A DNA stretch of 62,468 nucleotides, filler included, from Dirinaria sp. TL-2023a (lineage: Eukaryota): the NCBI GenBank assembly GCA_051941275.1. It is 8 parts of 8 records of this genome, joined end to end, with 100 filler letters (N's around TTAATTAATTAA, not from the genome) between each part and the next. Parts side by side here need not be neighbours in the genome. Positions count along the whole stretch, not along the records: positions 1 to 7,771 come from JAVEBF010001273.1; positions 7,872 to 15,629 come from JAVEBF010001274.1; 6 more parts are not named here. The stretch is one strand, 5' to 3'. Made by a program: the position numbers and the translations under genes. Positions 1-13,429 of the stretch are shown in pieces; position 1 is the stretch's first letter, and the number at the start of each line of letters is the position of its first letter. Below the pieces are notes generated by a model. That model saw only the letters and a list, made by a program, of their open reading frames with translations. It was not told where the DNA came from and searched no databases.

Positions 1-996
1 GAGTGAGGAGGAGGTTTATGGATTGGTCTGTTAATGTTATTGTAGATCTTAAGAAGGTTTTCTTTGATTTTTTTTTATTTATATGTTCCTTTATATGTAG
101 AGATATGGCTAAGTAGCTCTCTGCTTCTTTTTTTCCCCCCTCAAGATTAATATACGGATCTTAAAGATGCGCTGTTGGGAAAGAAAATATCCTTTCTTAG
201 AGGTGGTGAGTCTGGCTTCGCATGAGGGGTTGTTTCAGGGAGCTGTTAAATGACTAAAGTCTTCTTTTTCTCTCTCTTTCTTTTGTTGCACATTAGATAG
301 TCGCTATCACCCTCTGTAACGGAGATGGCTAATCTCCAGAAAAGGAAAAGGGGGAAAAGAAAAACTGTGAACGATGAGACGAAGTCCTCATCGATACTAA
401 ATATTTCGTTCTCTTAAAAGCTGATGAAATGAAAGATCTTTATCAGAAGAGAAGGACTAGGTAGGATGTCACTCAACATGCTTTGAAAAGGACCTTTTTT
501 TTTTTTTTTTTTTTTTTTTCAACTTCGGATCTCAACTCGTATTGAAATTTTTGACGAGGGCGAAGGGGGAAAACAAAACACCTAATTGCTTTTCCTCAAT
601 TTCTCCATCCGCGCAATCTCATTCCGCTGAAATAGTCGGATTAAATAATCTGCGCTATATATGTACACGGCGCCTCAATGGTGCCAAGAAAAAAGGCGTA
701 TGATAAATAGCTATATCAAAATCGGGGTACTGTAGAGCCCGGCGGTCTGCAAATGCGGGGTTCATTAAGGATCTTGGAAAATGGGTCGTGAATGTGATGA
801 TAGATGACCCGAAATACTGAAAATTTGCGGGTATTGTTGCGCCGTTTTTTGTTGCCCAATGCTCAAAACTGCGCCTAAGATTGATCCAGGTTCTCTCCGG
901 CATAAGAACAGTCGTAGATATTCGTTAGTTTGCACTGCAATATTTTTCTTCCATTCTGCCGGAGGGTTTTCTGCTTAGCTGGGACTTTCGATCGCG

Positions 997-3313
997 CTAG
1001 CATTCCCTTGCCAATCCGACCTCGAGATCATCTCCAATTTGTTGCCGTGAACGTACATTCTGTAGAATGCCCGCTTGTATTTCTTCCACTGTACTATTTA
1101 ATGACGTCGATCCATCCAGGCCTGGAGCGTATAGACGCAATTCTGCGTCTGGCCTGGAATCCCGCCTACGGAACTCTTTAACGAAGAATTGGTACGCCGC
1201 GTTTACATTGGTGCCTCCGAGGAAACGCGGGAATCGGGTATGAATCGGTACGTCGATGATGCGCTGGGGAAAGATGTCGGTTTGGGTGAAGAAGATCGTG
1301 ATCGCGGTATGGCACAAGATGTCCAAGCGCGTCATACGTGAGACGAGCTCGAGACAGGCTTCCATCTGGTTGCGAGATGGCATATCATGGATAAAATCCA
1401 GATCTGCGCAGTAAGAGCACAGGGGTACCACGTAGAATATGTGATCGAGACCGGCTAAGATGCGTGTTATCGGCTGTGACGGTAACGCGGTAATGCTGGT
1501 CATTTCGATAGAGAAATGACCACGACCATCATTCAGCTTGAAAGTAGTCCGGTTCCTACCGCTCATGCAACTAAGCATGTGCAAGACATCCTGATTAGAT
1601 TGAGTGCAATGGCAAAGCAGATCTTCGAGCAGATCCAAGAACCTGCTCTATAGTGAGCATGTGACGATTGCCGGGACGGAGTTTAGAAAAACATACCGGA
1701 CCTCGTCAGCATGAACTCCTGATTTTTGCCGTCGTTGTATCCTGAAAGTCGTAGGGAGCGTAGGGCACTCCCATTCGATAGCTATGCGGATGTCGCGGTC
1801 CTGGCAGAGCTTCTGACACAGCTCAGTCAAGGCCCGGTCACTAGCCAAAGAGGACCCAATTCTGAAAGACTTCACGGTTTGTAGGAGCTGTGGTTTTGCG
1901 CCTCAGTTATTCGCATGAGATTTGGATTTTGCTTCGGCCTCTGTGTAGGTACGTACGTACCTCTCGCGTTTCGCTGTCTACCTGGATCTTATGTTCTTTA
2001 ATAAGCTCTTCCAAATTCAGAAATGTCGTCTGAATATGCTGGAGGATCATTCTGTTCTCGACATTTCGATTGCCATCGCTGCTCCATGACAAGTAAAGCA
2101 GCATCAAGATAGTTGAACTTCCACCGAGATTTGTGCCTGTAACAGTTAGTAATTCAATTGTTGAATCACAGTTCCAAAGGCTCTAATGAGAACGAGCGGA
2201 GTCATGGGAAGTTCTTCCTTGCACTGACCTAGTAAGGCAATCTTGTAGTCTGGTGCTTCACGCACTAGCAAATGGTCAATTAATGAATCCATTCCGGTCA
2301 TTGTCGACGCTGTGTCTTGAAAAAAGAAATCTTTCATGCTTTCATCACGTCCACTGTCGGGAAGCAGGTAATATTGTGGATTCCAGAGATCGCACCAGTA
2401 TATGGGCAGTCGAATGACTGAAATGTTGGAGACGGCGGCGAGACTACATTTCGAGAGATAGGAGTAATTAAGGGACGAAGCTACGGACGAAGAAATTGTA
2501 TTGAGGGAAAACCGACGCCTGTTTCGAGCGTAGACTTGCGACTCGTTTAGGTCACGTTGTAGGCTCTGATCAAAGCCACCGATATTTGACAGTCTATGAA
2601 AGAGAGTAGGCGACTTCTCGATAAGTGGCTCCGTGGATCCGATCGTCGACATCTCGTCAATGGACTCTAGCGGAACCAGTAAGCTCGAGGCTCTGTGGGC
2701 GTTCGAGGCTTCGATTTGCACTTGCATATCAGCAATGCGCAAAGCCAGCTCATTGTTACTTTCCAGGACCCTGTTTACGAGTGCGGCAAGGTTAGACACG
2801 GCACTCTGTGCTTCTTTGACAGAAGAGCTGTTCCGCGTAGTCAGTATTAGACTATCTTGAAAAGCAAGGAGATCAGGTGATCTACCAAGTCAGCGTTGTC
2901 AACATCAGATTTAGAGTGCTCTTCGAGGCTTGCAGGCGGATCAAGATCCCGGCAATGGTTTGCTCTTCCCTTGTCCAGCGTATACGCGCACGTGCAGAAA
3001 ATGATTGGGTCATCTTGAGGGAGTCAATAAACTTCTCAAGTTCAGACATGGTCAAGACGCTGTGAGACAGCGCAACGACAAGCTGTTCAACCATCAAGAG
3101 TTGCATTCTTGATTGATCGGCTTGCTGATCTCCTAATAGAAAAGCTTGGACTTGGCCCATACAGGCACCGAGATCTGCTATCTCTCGTAGGACGCACTGA
3201 GCAGAAGCCGGACATCTTTTTATATTCCTGAAAACGGTTGTTATGGTAGTCGTGACTTTGGCTACTACAGCTAGAATCCCCGTGACCGACGCGATGATAG
3301 AGAGTGGATCCAT
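997..3313 (-). CDS. HeLo-like (fungal STAND N-terminal) domain fused to a degenerate G-protein alpha-like domain, ~679 aa, 5 exons (3313-2886, 2827-2229, 2136-1961, 1887-1697, 1642-997)
   Basis: Five ORF-track pieces join in frame through GT..AG introns (2040 nt = 680 codons). The N-terminus MDPLSIIASVTGILAVVAKV is typical of HeLo-like domains. The C-terminal half follows the G-alpha pattern: KIALLGTNLGGSSTIL, IFYVVPLCSY, NQMEACLEL, ITIFFTQTDIF, FPRFLGGTNVNAAYQFF. Confidence 0.75.
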
Positions 3314-4191
3314 GAGGAGGAATTGCTGTCATTCCTGTGATCTTGCGAACGGGCGCCCCAAATATGTCGCGCCCATGGCAATTGTGCTTATACGGCAAGG
3401 CTGTGGATCGGGGATTTTCATGGTCTAAATTTGTAGCGCATTGACGCATGATCATGCAGGCCGAGTGGAAAATGGGCGTCTCATTGGATCAATATCGGTA
3501 GCGGCCGTTCACGGCACCATCCAACGCTAACAGGCTGACAGCCCAGGCCCCAGGGTGACTCTCCAGTTATCACTGTACCTAATTCGTCTGCTCTAAAAGC
3601 AGGCTACCGAACTTCAGCCGATTGGATGGGTCTCTTTCGCCCTAAATCATGTCAATGCTAGTCATTCCCAAATTTGTCCAACTGTTCTGACCACTCAATC
3701 CATCCAACGCCACAGCTTTTGGCGTCGTGTCAAATTGCCCCATGAGACACCTTGCAGCGCTAGATTAATGTCCTGATCAAATCCGCTGCGTTCGGTCAAC
3801 CGGTGAAATCCACAGCACTTCGCCCCCGAAGTTCAAGACCTTCGAGGCGGCTATGTTCGTCACGAAAACGCCAAGATCTGATTGGCTAATGGCGTCGATA
3901 TGATGGTGAGATTCTCAGTGCAAATTCCCCCCACGGCCGAGCGCAAATCTTGTGACAGACTCTGTCTTTCGTTAGACGAATAATGAGTCCCGATCTGAAG
4001 CAAATCCTTCAAAAGGCCTGCCTCCGTTAACGGATGCCTTGGCGATTGCTGCTTTATGTGAGAGATCAGTCGGGTTCTATTGATACAAAAAGGCGGCAGT
4101 CCGTTGATCCTAGGAATAGCAGCGCAGGTGGCAGCGAATGTCAGAGGATGTCGAACATTAGCCACGGCACAGCGAACAAAGTACTTCATTC

Positions 4192-6529
4192 CTAGGTATA
4201 GGCCCACGTATTTGACAAATTCCCACTATCTGCCCAAAACGGTTCGAAGCTGTTGAAAGAATCGACTGTGAAAACCAAGCCCATGGAGTCCGCTGATCCA
4301 TCCTGAGTTATCGCAGACGATGTCTCTGGCTGCAGGGTAATGGTATCATCCGTGGCTTGACTCTCGCTTGGATCGAGACCGGCGCCATGATCCTGCACTA
4401 GGTCGCCATTATTGTAGACTGAAAGCGCGTGTGTAGTTGTCAGACCGGTAGTCAGACCGGTACGGAAGCGGTCAATGAGAAGATCAGCTTTAGCGAGGAG
4501 ATTACGCGTCACGTTTGCTGCGCTGGCAGCCATTGCGAAATTCTCTCCGAAGCTTTCGAAAGCGTCGATAGCGCTATTGATAGCTTTGCGTGCCGATGGG
4601 GTCGAAGGGTGGACGGGGTATGCTAGGATGAATCCGATCATTGATAACGTTGCGTTCCATTGCCACTGATACACCTCGTGCCAGCCGCTCATGATATCTG
4701 TCTCCGTGAGTATCTGGTGGATAATGTGAATCATCGCTATGGCATGGTTGACGCAGGATATGGCATTCCTTTCCGCGAGCGGCGTGCTGTGGTTAGATTT
4801 AGGAGAGAAGCAGATGAAAGGTCGATAGAGATTCATAGTAAGGTTGTGATACAGAAGCTCTAGCATAAGCCGTTGCCGTTGGAGCCACACAGGAGCAAAA
4901 GGATCGACCTCTAATGCCGACCTGTCGGTGGAAAAAGATTGACCGGGACCCTTTCTTTTCGTCCTCAAGGCATCTGGAACATCCCGTAACCAGTTCTGAA
5001 GACATCTCATACTTGATAAGAGGAACTCAGCACAACTCTCTAGGGATTCAGAATCATTGTAGAGGCTCTTTCCGCCATTTATGTCAAGAATGTTCGCACA
5101 TTTCTCGAAGAACGCAACGTAGATAGCACGTGCTGCCAAAATCAATTTGGTGTTTTCCAAACCATAAGTGAGCCAAGTTACATCCTCATTAAAGGATGCA
5201 AAATTAGACCCAGAAAGTACAGCCGACTCTTTGTCGGCTCTTGGTAAAGTGCACGTCACCTGGGAGATCTGAGCAGAAAATGGTCTTCCGAGTTTCATGC
5301 AAGTCTTGATCTCAATAGCAAACACAGTCCACCAAATCTGTTTTTGGAACTCCTTTTGGGCCTGAGGAAGACCATCTGCTGGCTCTAAATGAAGACCTAG
5401 GATGTGAGCAGTCCGCACCGCCAAAGCCAGAGCACTGTGAGCCATGTTCTGGAAGGATGCATTGCAAAGGTAGGCAACTGACAAAATCTGGCATTGCAAG
5501 GTCGTGATCGATGGGCTCTCTAGCTCACTCGTCAGCAAGATCTGACATCTACGATAGAACCACCGGCCAGCGATAGTTGCATCATCGCCGTCTACAACGG
5601 CTCTAAGCGCCGCATCTGTATGGCTTCGTGGTAAAAATGCGATTCCATATTGCATACATATGGCGAGAATGATATCGGCGAGTGCTGAAGGTTTTCGAGA
5701 CGTCCCAGATGTCACCCAGAGCGACTTATAGTGTTCTCTAAAACGGGACTCGTCAAGAATTGGCATAGTGCAGTGATAAGATTGCCAAAACAAGCCTAAG
5801 AAATATTCCTCTTGAGATCTAGTTAAGTAATCAGCTTTCAGCGGAATCTCGTCCGACATTAGACTCTCTTCCGAGTCGCCCATCCATAGGCTTGTAGGAC
5901 TAGCAAAAGCTCTGCTCGCGGAGTTAGGGTGCATGAGATGGTCCGAGGGGGCCTGTTGGAACGCTGTGTCAAGATATGAACTCATTCGACCAATGAAGTA
6001 GAATGCAGAAGATGGACCGTAACTTTGGGTTTGACTTGACTGTGCAATACTTGTGTGGATGCCATCCCAGAACCTCCTCCCCGCTCCATGCTCTCTCAAA
6101 GGTTCGAGGTTTGGAGAAAGTAATCCCGCAGACGACGATCGCGGACACGGAGGTGAGGCGACTGATTTCATAGACGCGTGCTTATGAGCCTCAAGTTGCG
6201 TTTCTAACTCTTTAACGCGTGACTTCAGTCTTTCAATTTCCCTGACACCGTGTCAGCCCACACGCGCTTCGTGCCAGAGTATGCACAACGGACCTGATTG
6301 CGTGTGGCAGCGTCCGCACTTGGTTAGGACTCCTGTTGCTGCACTGTGCACCTCGATTTTGACAGTTGTTGCATGGGTAATAGTTATCACACTTGATCCG
6401 GTGTGCACGGCACCAGTCGCAAGCTCTGGCGACTTGACTACGTTTTAGCCGTGCTATAGATTGGGACGTCGTTCCATTCTGTTGCCCTTGATGAACTGAC
6501 TCCGGCATGCTTGCGAAAGTTGCGTACAT
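4192..6529 (-). CDS. Zn(II)2Cys6 fungal transcription factor with fungal-specific TF domain (exons 6529-6294, 6241-4192)
   Basis: ACDWCRAHRIKCDNYYPCNNCQNRGAQC binuclear cluster, coiled coil EIERLKSRVKELE after the intron, and middle homology region (AVRTAHILGLH, IWWTVFAIE..KLGRP). Confidence 0.92.
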
Positions 6530-7322
6530 CTTGGTCGTCACTCATAGGAGTCGGGCTGAAATGATTTTTAAAAGTTTCACTTTGGCTCGACGCTTGGGTT
6601 GATCCTTTACATGCAATGAGACTGACAATGCCAAAGACACTAAAAGTCCGCAGCGCAATCGTGGTAGCTGAAGAGGAATCAGCCCACTGAGTATTAAGCC
6701 AGTTTGCAAGCACTAGGCTTGGCAACGATTTCAGATGACAGTGCTATGGACGTTGCTCTGATGAGAAGAGAATATCAAAATTAGCAGACTTTCGCAGAAT
6801 TGTCTGGCTGTTGATATGTAATGGTACAAAGGACAGCAGCGCCCATTGTGCTGAGAACTGAAGCAGCTGAATTGTAAGAAAGAGCAACTGACCGACATTT
6901 GTTCGGCAATCCTGCAACGCAATTGTATATCATGAGGATACATGTAAGTAAGATGAGGTAGGCCGTGTGCAAACCTATCAATAATGCCAAGACCTCCGAT
7001 AACGCGCGGCGGAACGTCACTGGGAAGTTTAGCGGGGGAGTAGCCAGGACGGATTTTCGACTCGCAAGCTCCCAGCCGTGGGAGTTACAAAAAGTTTTTA
7101 TTTTTTCCCCCCTTTCAAACGATTCACAGACGACTATGTTGAACGAATGGCTGATGTCAAAAATAGATCTTTGAAGGAGTACTAAGTGTTGAGTATACTC
7201 GAGTAAGCGTTTTAGGGCAAGGAATACCTCTGATAACAACGGGATGCGAGCCCAGCTCAAGGCTCATTACGGTATTTTAGCCATTCGGTCCATATTCAGT
7301 TCGTTATCAAGCCACTTAACCT

Positions 7323-7771
7323 ATGGCTCACTTGCTAGAGCTCGTAGCTGCTGTCTTGACGCTGTACCTCTTCTTTTCAGCCCTCCAAGCTCTGTCTGTA
7401 TATTCTCGATATTCCAACGCAGCCCGACAGCATGGCTGTAAGCCAGCAAGGCGCTATCCCAACAAAGAGCCATTGCTCGGTCTAGATCTATTTCTCCGCA
7501 TTAGAGCAGCAAGGCGAAACGGTCACCGATCCGATGCATTCTTAGCTCTCCATCGAGAGTATGGAGCAACCTTCGAGCTGAAGGCTCTGAGTCGTACGGA
7601 GGTTCTGACCGCTCATCCAGAGAATATCAAAGCAGTAGCGACAACTCAGTTCGAGGATTTTGGAGTCGGGCCAAGACGGGGCAATGTCGGCGCTCCGTTT
7701 CTGGATCGAGGGGTGTTCACTGAGGACGGTGATTTCTGGAAACACTCACGAGCCCTCATCAGACCTACCTT
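7323..7771 (+). CDS. Cytochrome P450, CYP52-like, 3'-truncated at contig end
   Basis: N-terminal TM anchor, HGCKP..YP..EPLLGLD, TAHPENIKAVATTQFEDFG, GVFTEDGDFWKHSRALIRP. Confidence 0.85.
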
Positions 7772-7871
7772 NNNNNNNNNNNNNNNNNNNNNNNNNNNNN
7801 NNNNNNNNNNNNNNNTTAATTAATTAANNNNNNNNNNNNNNNNNNNNNNNNNNNNNNNNNNNNNNNNNNNN
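7772..7871. other. Artificial contig spacer N44-TTAATTAATTAA-N44
   Basis: An identical 100-nt pad with a stop-codon linker recurs seven times. Confidence 0.98.
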
Positions 7872-7881
7872 GTTGGGGGGT

Positions 7882-7914
<33 letters not shown>

Positions 7915-8174
7915 GTGAAGCTGATTGACAGGAAACGACTTTTTGAAGAGAAAGAGGAAGGGGGGGAACGGAACGTAAGATGGCGGGTTCTGAAAATGCC
8001 TTTTGTGTGCGCGCGGGAAATATATGTGTGTATTCTCTCTCGAAGATGATGATCGAAAAATCATCGAGAAAACAGGTGTGCAGCCGAGTGATTGCTACTG
8101 AAACTCGATAATGCCAGCCGTCTATTCCAGTCCAGTCCACACGCACACATACTCTCTCTTTCTGTGTGTGTGTT

Positions 8175-9071
8175 TTAATTATCTCTCATATCAGGTTGCT
8201 GCCAGCTGGTACAATTCACGCAACGCTTCGCCTAAAGTAAGGTACGGAAACATTTAGCCAGCCCCTCCAAAGCACATCGCCAAACTCAAGACGCCAGGTG
8301 TATATATCCCCCCAAAAAAAAAAAAAAAGGCACACATACCTTCTCACTGATCCTCTTCCTACAGAATTTACACTTGACGGTGTGCTTGACAATCGGATCC
8401 TCCGAGGCCCACGTATACAGCTGCGCAATGGCATACAGCGCGATACCGATGCCGAAGAAATTGAATACCTTGTCCAGAAACGATCTGATTGTATGTAGTA
8501 TTGAATTAGCACGAAACCCTGGCTCCCATTTGGCAAAGAAAGAAAACACCGTTTGAAACACGAGAGTGAAAGGGGTAAAGAGAAGGGGGGAAAGGGAGAA
8601 CAAAGCACCCATAAGCCAAAACAACAGCACCATCATCCATCGCCTGCTTTATCGTATTATATCCACCCTCCTTGGAAAAATTCTTCCCGTGTCTCAAAAC
8701 CGCGAACTTCTCCTCGAAGTTCTTGTTTATGAACGGGATCAGAGATATGATGGGCAATAGCAGATCGCTGATGAAACTGTTCACGACTCTGGTGAATGCT
8801 GCGGCGATTCTGGAGGGGTTTGATTAGTATTATCATCGTTAGATTTGAGTTTTATACATGATTTGGCTTCTGGGAGGGAGGGAGGAGGAGAAGAAGGCCA
8901 GAGAGGGGGAAAGGAAGGTTGGGGGAAAGACTACATGAGTCCAACTGCGACTTCGAGCACATTATCGCTCAGCAGGAAATCCGTGAAGTCGTCCCAAACG
9001 CGTTTTACACGCTTCGAAGCATCGGAGCCGGCATGCAGAAGGGCCTCGCCGCTGTCGTCCAGGCGTGGCAT
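8175..9071 (-). CDS. mscL: Fungal MscL-family (large-conductance mechanosensitive channel-like) protein, ~4 exons
   Basis: Spliced pieces: WDDFTDFLLSDNVLEVAVGL / IAAAFTRVVNSFISDLLLPIISL ... GYNT..QA.DDGAVVLAYG / SFLDKVFNFFGIG ... KCKFCRKRISEK / AKRCVNCTSW. Confidence 0.88.
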
Positions 9072-12000
9072 TTTTGGCGCTCTGTTGTATCTTTGACGAA
9101 AAGTAACGGTTTTGGAGTTGGATGAATAAAATATTGAACTACGTTGAGGAATGAAAGAGTCGGTAGGAATTAGTGGATGAAAGATGGGCATTCAGTTTTA
9201 GATTGTTTTGTTGGAAATGAGGCGATGTCATCGCATGAAACACGTAGTCATTTAGACTGTGGTAACTGTATGTGGCTTGGCTTCCTTGCAAAATTCCACT
9301 CGTCAGTGTTCATGTCAATGAGCCAACACATGATGAGTTGACGATTCGGATCGGGACGCATGACAATGTAGTAAGGTAGCCTTCAGGATTGTATTATCGG
9401 ATTCCTTGAAGCAGGTGGACACTGGACAGGCTCTGATGCGCATAAATTGAGGGTTTGGTCAACTGCCCAGAGTACTTTAGGGTTATTGGGCCACTTGCAT
9501 TAAGGTAGTAAAGACCGAGGCCTTTCCCTATTGGCCAACCAATCACGATATATATTTGCACAAGGTATCTTCTGAGACCTTTCCAAGTAAATCGGCTTTG
9601 AAGATCGCATCCCGTGATCGAAAAATGATTTTGACATCTCTTTCTTTGTCTGCCATTCCCATTGACGCTGAGCGCTTTCGAAAATGATATGAAGGTGAAG
9701 ATTAATGACGAGTCGATTTTTACGTAGCTACGTACCAGAGTCAGAACTTATTCGAATTCCTAAACTCTCATGGGATAATATGCTCATGCCGAGACCACAC
9801 TCAACAGCATCCCACCACAGAAAAGCAGTCGGTGCACAACTAGGATCCCGAGCACCACTTTTCAATCTCCAAGGCAGATGGAAATCAGACATAAACGCAA
9901 CGGTAGCTGTCCAGGATAAGTCAAAGCCCAGATGTCTTGCAGTCCTCATTATCGCTTTACATATCTCGCGTAGGGCCCGGCAATAGCCTTTTCACCCAGC
10001 GAAGTACAAAGCTGATTTGGAAGATACCTTGTAGTGCATTGTGCTACCACTCAAGAGCTCATCAGCTGGGCGTCAGCTGGACGCCGAATTACGCCCGGTG
10101 GTGCAGAATGGCGCAGGCTGACCATCAAATATGTAGGGAATTTGTCAAATCCTGGGCCAGAGAGGAGAGAGAGAGAGTGGATAGTGACACTGAAACACCC
10201 AAGGTACGAATTGGAGACAGTGACGCGGAAAGAAAGAGGAGAAGTGGCCGATTGACAACTGTTGCACACATGTTACAGTATGCTCATGGCTGTTTCTGCT
10301 AGGACCATTCAAAGAGCGATTAGACGCAGCTGGTTTGCGATTGATGGTACTAGTGAACTACTGTGCCCCGTCGTCTAAGATGGCCGTGATGAGCCAAATT
10401 CATGACGGTGATCTAAAGATTCCAATTTTGATGCATCTGGAGTCACGGCGATGTTTGGCGAGTGGCGTCTCTCGAACATCTCTGCCGCAAAAGAGCAAGG
10501 GAGAACGGTGAAATTTCAACGATCTAGGTGATGGGATGGCCTGCGTGAGTACAGAGATCGAGTTGCGCCACAGATGCCGCCGAATGTTGCAGCTTAGGAT
10601 GAGCGCGATGTGTGGATAGTTCTGGTGTAGGCATACAAATTTGTTACAGATAAAGCATACCGTAGAAAAAGTAAAGGAACCTTTCTCGTGATGTAGAGTT
10701 ATGAATATGGATTAAACCGATCCAGTTCTGGATCTACTACAGTCCAGGGCTTGAATCTAGATGTGTACCATAGATACCCAAGGCTGCTAGTCTGCCGGAT
10801 TAGGATCGGAAGGCATTGCTCCTTGGCGGAGGCCTTGAGCAGACTGTCTGTATAACCAGTGAAGCGAAGAAGCCGTGCTAAAAACCCCTCGGAGAGACTA
10901 GTGCGTCAAGGGAATACTATTCTGAAGCTGCAACCGAGTCATTACTTTCCAGAGAATGTATGTACGCAGCGCATAACGAGCATGTACCCGACTGAGATGG
11001 CACCCGCAGTTGACAGCCGGCTGGCTAGACCTGATGAGAAGATCATTGCCATGTGTGTGTGTGCCCGCAGTGCACGAGCTGTCGCAGATCCGAAAGCCGA
11101 TACCAAGACATACATAATCTTGCATTGACAGTGACGTGGTACGCCTTTTGCAGAATCGGGACCCTACTGTAGGGTCTTCAAGGATCTTCAACAAGAACAG
11201 GATCGTGGTAGAATATTCATGAAAATGCAAATACGTATGTGCGTAGGATTCGTTGCCATACCATGCGGGCTTCGATGCCACAGTTCGCACTGCATCTGCG
11301 ACTTGTGGCCGCCTCGAAATCGGCCAGGCATGGGAAGAAAATGACTCTCGTAGCGGCTTCGAAGCCTAGTCTGTCAGCCGTGCAGGACCGGGTGTTGCTG
11401 CTGTTGCAGCACACGATTTTCTGGATGGGATGGATTATTGAGCACAGGACCGTCAGGACTTGTCATGGGATGAAACAGAGATCTCTCTTGAGTAGCAGAC
11501 ATGCAAATGATTGGCTGCGCCAGAAAGGAGAAGCTCGGACTGAAGATCAATTCGTGGAGAAAGCTGAAAATAGTTCCATCTATATGGGAAGTCCGGCACG
11601 AAACAAATCCAAACAGCGCATCAAATAGAAGCTGCATAGATCGTCTTACCCGCAGGACGTGAGTCAGATGCAGCCGCCATCGGTTCCTTCCACACCGCAT
11701 GACTGCATGGGAGTGTGAGAGATCATGCAGAGCGAGTCCCTACTCCGTACTGCTGCAGACCACGTAATAGGCACCCGGACACAGGGCGCCCCACTGCTTG
11801 CTCAAAGTCAGACACGCTTCTATGCGGGTCGTCGCCTTTTCGTCAGCTGTGTGGGTGTGTGGCATGGCGACCCACGCTGGCTGGGTCTTGACAGATGCGG
11901 ACGCGTGCATGCATCAGCCTACTTGTACCGGGTACAGTAGAGTACGAATGTTGGTCGCTTGACGAATTCCAGGCAGCCTTGCCGATACGCTCTTGGTCGA

Positions 12001-13429
12001 TCGAGCTGTCATGTGACAAATCGACGAGGCTTGGGCGCGTACTCGTGAAGGGGGTTGATTGGAAAGCCTGAACTCGACTCCCATTGTTCAGCTTATTGTC
12101 GTCGTGACGTCAAATGATCATTCTGATCAGCCCGGCCGAGCTCTCTCGCGCGACAGAGGCCGCATTGTTGGTGGATTCCCATACAGGTTTGTATGCGACC
12201 AGTCGGGGAACAGGTTCGTGGGGGCATACCTCAAGGCAATGCTAGCAATCGTGTTTAGAGTATGACAAGCTTCTGACAGGAGCATCTCAACCGGACCCGA
12301 CAGCTGTAGTCTACAATTTGACAGGCGCGCGAGTGGAAGATCGTGGGCATGTTATTAGCCTCCGCTTCTTTTCATCTGCTTTCGGTTAATTACGTTGAAC
12401 GAGTGAGGCTCCGGCATACCTGCCAAACCTCCTAAGCAGTAGTGTAGAGGATGCCATCGTCGGTTTAGGTAAGGAAGGGATGCTAAGAGCGAATCCTGCT
12501 GCCCTGCAGGTCTGCCGTGTGGGCCAAAGCCCGTAGACGTTGTTGGGCTCCCCATACTTGTGGAATGGGGCAGCAACAGGTGGGCTTGATCAACGTTCTC
12601 CTTAATGTCCATCTCCACTTCTTTCCCGAAGGTTCTACAAACAGCAATGTAATTTCGCTCCACCGTCACGTAGCTCGTCTCCTTATTGAAAACATTTGGG
12701 ACTAGCCACCCATAGTAAGCGCGGCCATGATCATACTTTCCGAGGGAGGCAAAATTGTGTTCGGGGAACGGAAGCATCAAGTCACAAATGGAAACGGGAT
12801 GAGAACACTGGGACAATTGAATAACAGCACATCTGTAGATTTGATCCGAGATGCAGCTGGAGGGCCACTCCGTCTTAAACCCGGCCATCAGGGATCATGG
12901 TCTAACACCGATGGTAGCTCGTCTCCGAACATGAATTATGTACAGGTGATGATGACTCCTGTAGTCAACTGAGCCCACGTAGGGTAGCTGAAAGGTGTAT
13001 ACAAAGATGAAATCGAAAAATTAAAACTTCGTAATGGCAAGCCAGTCGCCGAATCCATGTCCCGGTAAGCAGGAAAAATGTTCCGAAAGTCTTTAAAGAA
13101 GCCTCCCAAATTGGACCCAGTCATCATCCATCGTGATCTCGTGGGCTTTGTCCCCCAAGTCTCCTAAACGCCATGGCTCTCTATCCTTGTCCATCTCAAA
13201 ATGCCATCTCATATCCCCTAAAAATGCCAAGAATGCATATCCGACTTATTTCATAGAAAGCAAATTACCACCCAAGCACACATAGTCCCGCCTTCTATAT
13301 TTTCCGTGTCTTAGGAACAAGACAGTACACGCAAGAAAAGAGAGCTCGTTATCATGATCGTCCCCTCGTCGCTGAAATGAGATTAGGAACTATGCAATGA
13401 AAGTCTAGAGTATTCCCCCCGTATATCCG

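Noticed and set aside
7816..7827. TTAATTAATTAA recurring every ~7.8 kb, resembling a periodic repeat or CRISPR-like array
   Set aside because: Always embedded in N-pads; it is an assembly linker.
9200..13400. Many 60-177 aa ORFs between mscL and the kinase
   Set aside because: No recognisable motifs, overlapping on both strands, and no consistent splice model; treated as non-coding.
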